This document shows positions 55,861 to 64,000 of a DNA stretch of 64,000 nt, one piece after another. The stretch lies in the NCBI RefSeq assembly GCF_009914755.1, contig NC_060947.1; one strand, 5' to 3'. Both the position numbers and the translations under genes were made by a program. The DNA comes from the human T2T-CHM13v2.0 reference genome, Homo sapiens. The notes beneath the pieces are model-generated. The model saw only the letters and a program-made list of their open reading frames with translations. It was not told the origin of the DNA and did no database searches. Every line of letters begins with the position of its first letter. Positions within the stretch are counted from its first letter, which is position 1.

Positions 55861-57423
55861 GTTGGAAATAATGGAGCCTGGGACTTCTGTCTGCTCCCTT
55901 AGTATGACAGTAATTCTAACTGGATCATAAAGTTTCCTGTGATTTGATAAGTAAAAAAATATGGCACAAAATTTTATCTTCACTGCGATTGTACTTATGT
56001 AAAAATACTTATGCACATAAACAAGGTGAAATTATGGATGGTTTCTTTCTCTAATCACAAACCTTTGAAATGTGGTTAAATATAATAGATCTTTGAGATC
56101 CAAATATTAAATAAATTCAGATGGACAAGAAAAACATATTGAATCACAAGATAAGCAATGGACAGAGTTGAAGTAGAGGCTACTATAGAGGACTCATGAT
56201 AAAGGACTGCGTGCGTGGGTCCCCACTCCACTCAGGGGCAGGGGCGTGGTTCTGGGCTCATCAGGTTACACTGGAGAAAATCAAGCTCAAGTTTCCTCAA
56301 GGTTAGAAGGGAGGAGACGTGAGCAAGAGTGTGGTCCACCTGAGGATGCTTAATAACAGTAGCAAGGATGGCTGGCCCCAGTGAGGACAGCTAGGGGGTG
56401 CTCATGGGGTCTCCCTCATCCTCAGGGAGGGAGAAAGAATCCAGCTAAGAACCAGGGTGGTCTTGGAAGCTGAGAAACTTGGCTAGCTGTTATGGGAAAG
56501 TCTGACTATTTTTTGAGAGTGCCAACTAAATCTCCATCTATAAAGGATAAGTACAACTAGTCAGTAGGTTTTTATCTCCATTTTGCCACCTACATATCTA
56601 TAGGTACCAGGGTCTTACAGATTGGGCTGTGAAATCCTGGCATAGGGCCAGGAGAGCTGATTTCAAGATCAAGACCCAGGTCAGATGATTGGGGTGGGCA
56701 TGTGGTGAGCTTGAAACTTCACATAGGCATGCTACTCTCAGCCCTATTTTCCCCTTTAAACTAGAACAAAGACACTCTAGTAAGAGTTTACTGAGGTCTG
56801 AGTATGGGGCTTGTCTCTATAGTATATATCTTTGCATCCCAGTAACCAGTTTACTTTTAAATGGTAGCATATCTGTTGATACATAGTCACTATAGGATCT
56901 AGTATGATGCACTAGAATTTCTGCAGTTTATCACAGCTGCCCTGATCACATTTTGTGGCCATTCTTTTGATGCTTGAGTATGATATTGTGGTATGTTTCT
57001 GACTTACCAAGGTTCTTTTCTGATAACAACTTTATTAAGACATAAAACATGTGCAAACCACACAATTCATCCATTTGAAGCATACAATTCACTGGGTTTT
57101 AATATATCCAGAGTTGCACAGCCATCACCACAATCCATTTTAGAACAATTTTTCATCCCAGAGAGAAACTCTACCCATTATCAGTCACTCCCCATTTCCC
57201 CTCAATCGCCTCCCCAGCCCTAGGCAACCACTAATCGACTTTGTGTCTTAATGGATCTGTCTATTCTGGACATGCCATAGGATCAAATCACTGACTATGT
57301 GGCCTTTTGTGACTGGCTTCTTTCACATAACATGATGTTTCAAGGTCCATCCATGTTATAGCATGCGTCAGTACTTCATTCCTTTCTGTGACTGGATAAT
57401 TCCATTGTATGGATAGACCACAT

Positions 57424-57425
57424 TT

Positions 57426-57464
<39 letters not shown>

Positions 57465-57465
57465 T
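57424..57465. repeat. (TTTA)n STR
   Basis: Seen directly. Confidence 0.9.
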
Positions 57466-58044
57466 CCATTCACCAGTTGATGAACATTTTGACTGCTTCC
57501 ACTTGTTGGGTATGGTGAATAATGCAGCTATGAACATTCATGTTCAAGTTTTTGTGTGGACATATGTTTCCAATTCTCTTGGGTACATGCCTAGGAGTGG
57601 AAGTGCTGGGCCAAATGGTAACTCTGTGTTTAACATTTTGAGGAACTGCCAGACTGTTTTCCAAAGTGGATGCATCACATTACATTCCCATCAGCAATGT
57701 ATTAACACAAGGGTACCACTTCCTCCACATCCGCACCAACATTTGTTTGACTTTTTTATTATAGCCATCCTAGTGGGTGTGAAGTGGGATATCATTATGG
57801 TTTTTATTAGCATTTCCCTAATAACTAATGATGTCGAGCATCTTTTCATGTGCTTGTTGGCCATTTGTATATAGTACTATCTTTTGAGAAATGTCTGTTC
57901 AGATCCTTTGCCCATTTTTGATTTGGATTATTATTTGTCTTTCTCCTTTGATTTGTAAGATATTTTTATATGTTCGGACACAAGTCTCTTATCAAACATA
58001 TGATGTGCAAATATTTTCTCTTATTTTGTAGGCTGCCTTTTCGC

Positions 58045-58330
58045 TTTTTTCTTGAGATAGAGTCTCTGTCACCCAGGCTGGAGTGCAGTGGGACCATCAT
58101 GGCTCACCGTAGCCTCGAACTCTTGGGCTCAAGCAATCCTCTGCCTCAGCCTCCCAAGTAGCTGGTACTACAGGTGCACATCACCATGCCCAGTTAATTT
58201 TGTCTTCCTCTTGTAGAGACAGGGTCTTGCTATGTTGATCAGGCTGGTTTCAGATTCCTGGCCTCGAGTGATCCTCCCATGTCAGCCTCCCAAAGTGTTA
58301 GGATTACAGGCATGAGCCACCGTGCCTGGT
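58045..58330 (-). mobile_element. AluJ inside L1
   Basis: catcatggctcaccgtagcctcgaactcttgggctcaagcaatcct; gagacagggtcttgctatgttg. Confidence 0.93.
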
Positions 58331-61307
58331 TTCTTTACACTTTCTTGATGGCATTATTTGTGAACAAAAGTTTTTAATTTTGATGAAGTCAAATTTGTGT
58401 TTTTCTCTTATGTTATTTGTGCTACTAATGTCATATCTAAGAAACCACTGCCTAATCTAAGGCCTTAAAGATTTATACCTGTGTTTCCTTCTATGTTTTA
58501 TAGTTTTAGCCATTACATGTGGGTCTTTGACCCATTTTGAGTTTAATTTTGTCTATATATGAGAATGAATTCCAACTTCATTCTTTGGCATTTGGATATT
58601 CAGTTGTCCCAGCGCCACTTACTGAAAAGATTATTCTTTTCAGCATTGAATGGAATTGGCACCCTTGTCAAAAATCCATCAGCCATATATGTATGGATTT
58701 ATTTCAGGACTCTCAATTTCTTTCCACTATATGGATCTATATGTCTATCCTTATGTTAGCAACACACTATTTTGATTACTATAGCGTTGTATAAAGTTTG
58801 ACATTGGGAATTGTGAGTCCTCCAACTCTGTTCTTTTTAAAGATTGCTTTGACTGTTCTGGGTCCCCTTAATTTCCATATGGATTTTAGGATCAGGTGGT
58901 CAATTTCTACAAAGAAATTGGAATTTTGATAGGGATTGCATTGAATCTGTAGATCAATTTGAGGAATATTGCCATCTTAACAATATTAAGTATTTTGATC
59001 CATGAACATGTCTTTCCATTTGTTTCCACCTTTAATTTTGTATCATGTTTCATAGTTTTTAGCATACAAGTTTCACGCCATGTTTGTTAAATTTATTGTT
59101 ATGTGTTTTATTCTTTTGATGATATTGTAAATGGAATTGTTTTCTTAATTTCATTGCAGGTTGTTCATTGCAAGTATACAGAAATATAATTTTTAAATTG
59201 ATTTCATGGCCTTGCAACCATGTTGAACACAATTATTAGTTTTAATAGTTTTTTAGTGGATTCCTTAGGATTTTCTATGTACAAGATTATGTCATCTCTG
59301 CAAATATGGGTTACTTCTCCCTTCTAATCCATATGCCTTTTATTTCTCTTTCTTGTCTGACTGTTCTAGCTAGAACCTCCAGTATAATGTTGAACAGAAG
59401 TAGGGAAAGTGGATACCCTTGTCTTGTTCCTGATCTTAGGGGAAAAGCATCCAGTATTTCACCTTTAATTGTGATGCTGTTGTTGGTTTTTTATAGACGC
59501 CCTTTGTCAGGTGATGGAAGTTCCCTTCTATTCCTAGTTTGTTGAGGGTTTTTATCATGAAAGAGTGTTGGATTTTATCAAATCATTTTTAGTCTATCGA
59601 TATGGTGTATTACATTAATTGATTTTCAGATGTTAAAACAATCTTGCATTCCTGGGATAAATCCCACTTGGTCATCGTGTATGATCCTTTTTATATGTTG
59701 TTGGATTTGGTTTGCTAATATTTTGTTGGGGATTTTTGCATCTATACTCATAAGAGATATTGGTCTGTAGTTTTTTCGTGATGTTTTTGTCAGTTTGGGT
59801 ATCAGGGTAATACAGGCCTCATAGAATGAGTTGAGAAGTATTACCTCCTCTATATAGCTTGTGAAGAATGGGCATTAATTCTTCTTTAAATGTTTGGAAG
59901 AATTCACCAATGAAGTCATTTATGTCTGGGCTTTTCTTTGTCAGCAGTTTTGATTACTACTAATTCAACCTCTTTGCTTGTTATTTGTTTATTTGGGGTT
60001 TTGATTTCTTGTCCAGCCATCTTCAATAGTTTGTGTCTTTCTAGGAATTTAAGCATTTCATCTAAGTTGTCTAATTTAGTGTCATACAGTTGTTCATAGT
60101 ATTCCTTTATAATCCCTTTTGTTTCTGTAAGGGTGATTATAATGTCCCCTCATTTACTTCTGATTTTTGTAATTGGGGTCTTCTCTCTTTGATTTTTGGT
60201 CAATCTAGCTAACCAAATTTCTTTTGAATTCCCGTTTGGCCCTCCGCCTCCTTCTGCCTATACTTGAGAGCCTTGGCCAACCTAAGAACATACATATATG
60301 TCTTTTACAGTCAAGAAAATGAGTCTTTTCTACACTCCTGCATGTGGAGCTCTCAGCCTGAACCTCCAAAGCATATTGTTATGTCTCCTCAGCTAACTGA
60401 GGCAGATTCATTCTGAACCAGCTTCTTTATTAGCCAGTGGCTATGGTGCATGAGGCTGTCAAAATTCTACCCTCTCACTGTGGAAATTAAGCTGCAGCCC
60501 TTTTAGTATATGGCCACCAGCCAAGTGTTGCTCATTTGTGACTAAATATGAGGGCCTGGGGAAGAGCAGAAGGCAGCAGGCCCTGGCCAGCCAGGACCCC
60601 CACGCAAGGCATTGTGGATACGCCTGGGGCCTGCTCTTCGTGAGTGCCACTCGCTTTGAGTCTTGAATGGGAACAGAGGCAAGTTAGAAAAGCAGAGGCC
60701 TACTGCTGTTTGGGCCATATGTCTCCTTGGTCACGGCACCCAGGACTGTGCTTCTCTATTTGGCAGGGACTCAGCTGACAGACGGTAAAGTCAGGAAGTC
60801 AGGAAAAAGAATTGGGGATTTTGGGCAAGTGCTAATTCTGGCTAGTGTTTTGGGGTCCCTGGCCCAGTTGGTCATCTTTCCCCTTCCCTCTGCAAGCCCT
60901 AAGCCTGGCTAGGGTGCTAGTGTGGAAACATTCATTAGTTCTGAAGATGTCTTAGAGCCACATGTCCACTTAAAGATTATTTCCAGACTAATGAAAAATC
61001 TGTGTGTGCAAGCAGGTCCCCATTTTAAAATGGAGCAAAGCCCACCAACATTTCCATGGTAAGGAAATGGCAACAAATCAACTCTTTGGGATGAGTATGT
61101 AGTGAGCTTGAAACTCAAACCAAGTGTGACCGCCTCAGCCCCACCCTGGGCTGCTGACTCAGGACCAAGAGGAAGAGGGAGCTGCCAGACTTCACAATTT
61201 CTGTAAACAGTTCTTGAAAAAGAAACCACACACTTGTCTTTCTGCCAGCCCCCAGCTTGTCCCCGTAGCTGACAGCGCTGCCATTGTCTTTTCTCTGACA
61301 CCCTAGG

Positions 61308-61825
61308 GCAGGGCTTCTTAACTTGAGCTCCATGGACCTCCAAGGGGTGTGTGGAGAGAATTTAGAGGGTCTACAAACTTGGATGGGAAGATTAGTTGAT
61401 CTTTTCTCCATGAACCTCAAACAACAATTTAGCATTTTCTCAAATTAGGAATGTAAGTGACAAACCGCAGTAGTGTTAGCGGTATCTGTGACTTTATCAC
61501 CAACAGAAATCACAAATATTTTCATATCACATTACTGTTGTTGTAAGTATCTCAAAAAATCATTTGTGTTCATCACCACTTCAACATTTCTAATCTATAG
61601 AATTGCCACTAAATCTTGTGATTTAGCGCATTATGAAAGTAGTAACACAACTAGATCACAAAATTTAAAAAATATTTTTCTAACCATTTCGGTATGATTG
61701 TTTGCCTTTGTGATTCTATGTATTTTATTTTATGCACGTGAAAACATTATTCTGAGAAGGAGTCCGGAGGTTTCACCAAACTGCCAAAAGCGTCCATTAC
61801 CTAAAAAAAGACCAAGACCCTGCCC
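61308..61825 (+). mobile_element. Charlie4a/MER80-like DNA transposon
   Basis: cagggcttcttaacttgagctccatggac...aaacattattctgagaaggagtcc...aagaccctg. Confidence 0.8.
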
Positions 61826-61914
61826 TGGATCTTGGAACTCTCCTGCTCCATGGGCCTCACTTCTGATCCACAGAACTTTGCCTATCTTACTGGAGGGGTC
61901 AAAAGCACTTGCAT

Positions 61915-62285
61915 GTTAGTGCTGTGACACTGGTCAGGAGAAACTTTCTGTGCCTAGTTTCTTAATCTGCAAAAGGCAGAACAATAACACTACCTACCTT
62001 ATAGGGTTGTGATGATTCAATGGGTTAAGAAATGTAAACCACTTAATGCCCAATACACGGTAAGCACTATTAGCTATTTTTGTTGTTATTGCTGGTTTAT
62101 ATCAATCATCTCATTAATATATGCTATTATTATCTCAATTTTCAGAAAAAGGAAACTGGGGCTTAGAAAAGTGAAATTACTAAGTCAAGGGAACACAGCA
62201 AGGGAGTGGCAGAGCCAGGGTTCAAAGCCAGGTCTATGTGACTCTCAAGCCCAGTGGAGGTCACTCTTTAGCACACTACTGAGAG
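61915..62285. mobile_element. Two MIR fragments in opposite orientation
   Basis: tacctaccttatagggttgtgatgatt (+); ggaaactggggcttaga...ggcagagccagggttcaaagccagg (-). Confidence 0.75.
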
Positions 62286-63607
62286 GAGGTGATGTCCCTC
62301 AGAGAAATGGAAGCCATCAACAGGGTGCTCGCTGGGAAGGAGCAACTCTGGAAGTTCCTGCTTTGTCTCCCCTGCTTTCCCTACTGTCCACACCTCCAAC
62401 CTTATCTGGGGGGCTCCTAGCTCCACGTGCATACCATCAGTCCTCAGTCAGGTCTCAGGGGGCCAGTCCTCTTTCCAAAGGCCATTGCCAATGCAGCCTT
62501 CATCTGCAAAGAGGACAAGTCCATGTTCTCCCACTGAACCACAGTCTTGCAGTAACAAATTCACTTTGGAGTCATGGACCAGCCTCTGCTCCCAAGTAGA
62601 TCTCAAGCCTCACAGGCCAGTGGGGTCGGGGTTAGAGGGCCTGAGGGGAACTCAGAAGGGCAGGGGCTTGTCTGGGGAGTGGAGGCAGTTTCGCGGAGGA
62701 AGTGGTCTTGGAACTGAGGAGAACATTGCCAGTTGGAGTGAGGCCAGGAATGTTCATGAATTTTTAAGGGAAAGGGAATGGAGTGTGCAAAGGCCCAGAG
62801 GCATGCAAGGGCCTCGTATGTACAGAAAAGCAGGAAGTAATTCAAGATGTCTGAAATTTGGGCTAAGTAGAAGAGGAAAGAAGGATAGCATAGGCAGATG
62901 AGATGGCATAGATAATTAATGAGCAGATAGGGAAGAAAATGCCAAAAGCAGGTCTACAAGTCTTCCCACGAGGAAGGAGAGCCATTGAGGGGTTTTGTAG
63001 AGGAGCAGCAAGGCCAGGTGTGTGAATTCAAAGGCCCACGGCCCCCACCCCCAGGCATGTTGAAGGTGGACCTATTAGAACAGGTAGAGACTAGAGCCTG
63101 CTTCAGTAGCTCAGGTGAGAGAGGAGGAAGGGCTGAACTGTGGGTGGAGAGGTCATCAATTTGGGGACACTCTTTCTGGCAAGCCTCACAGCCAACAGGC
63201 CTCATCTGTATGATGCAAGAGGTGAAGGAGACCACAGTCGCTGGAGGCACCCGCCCTTCTCTAGCTTGGTCATGTGAGGAGATCCTACAAGGCAAGGCTT
63301 CCCCAGGCCGTGGGACCTTCGCCATGAGTTCACCTGCTGACATCTTCCCTTTTAGCCTCTTTCTCACCCGAACAGCCCACTGCAAGAGCAGAATAAAAAG
63401 CCTGGGCCCTACTTTCCCACACAAACACACCACCCCCACCCCCCATCAGGAGAGTTGCTGAGGCGAGGGGCCCCGCTCTACCCCATGTGTGGCAGGCAGG
63501 AAGGGGAGAGGGGACACAGGGAGCAGGTCAGGGCCTGCTCTCTGTCAAAGGAAATATCCACCCTCCTAAGCCTTTAAGAAACTGTTTTCTTCCAAGTAGG
63601 TCCCGCT

Positions 63608-63621
63608 GTTACCAGGGCAAC
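63608..63621. promoter_or_regulatory. RFX X-box GTTACCAGGGCAAC
   Basis: Matches GTNRCC-N2-RGYAAC exactly, in unique sequence. Confidence 0.6.
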
Positions 63622-64000
63622 CGAGAGCCCTGGTATTTGTGTTTCTGTCTTTGGAGTCCCTGGGGAGAAGTGGCCTGCCGAGCTTTCCCTAGTCTGGGCA
63701 GGATACAGGAAGTGCTGGCCGGAGGTGGAGCCCACTCCCCACCTCCCATTAAGGGGGTGGTCTCTTGCCTGATTAATGCCTGTCCTTATCCCCTGGAAGA
63801 GTCCACCCCCACCCTCAGGAGCCACTTCTGGCGGTCAAGGGCACAGGCTTTGGCTCCTATGGACCTGGTTTCTCGGGGGCAGAATTCTGCACCTACCTTG
63901 TGGCACATCTCTCTCAAATGGGTGTCACCTGCTGTCTGAGGCAGGTATCCAGGAGGGGCAAGCTCACATCAGACCATGGTACCTGCTGAGGGATCGTCAC

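Larger units (their letters stand above)
57012..60213 (-). mobile_element. L1MB-like LINE-1 (~3 kb: 3' UTR and degenerate 3' part of ORF2)
   Basis: tagccatcctagtgggtgtgaagtgg; gatagggattgcattgaatctgtagatcaattt; cttgcattcctgggataaatcccacttggtcat; many stops. Confidence 0.92.

Noticed and set aside
57470-59545. Hydrophobic ORFs resembling membrane proteins
   Set aside because: Antisense frames of a degenerate L1
62009-63939. 150-196-aa ORFs near the window end, considered as a retrotransposon Gag-like gene (I recall RTL5 nested in NHSL2)
   Set aside because: The first is partly MIR-derived and none shows Gag/capsid features; if RTL5 is nearby, its CDS is outside this window

Overview
Primate (human-like) genomic DNA, not prokaryotic. 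Most of it is interspersed repeats (about 16 Alus, L1PA/L1M, L2, MIR, hAT and TcMar DNA transposons, ERVL-type solo LTRs), typical of a long intron. The only supportable coding sequence is a short first exon ending at 9365 (ATG 9299, MMGNSHHKQPRSKSQSRMHSAT+G, phase-1 donor). From memory this is an alternative N-terminus of NHSL2, so the window would be an internal promoter plus intron of that gene. The other ORF-track entries look repeat-derived or like chance ORFs. I see no evidence for a new multi-gene system. The best second-look items are: (i) two ~95%-identical inverted copies of local sequence inserted 1.5-1.8 kb from their donors, plus two snap-back hairpin insertions; (ii) a tandem ATG-ATG-G start that could toggle N-myristoylation, with uORFs and possible extra phase-1 first exons; (iii) repeated RFX X-boxes, one a perfect palindrome; (iv) several atypical retro-insertion structures. 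Repeat subfamily names and fuzzy boundaries come from recalled consensus sequences and are approximate. No searches were run.
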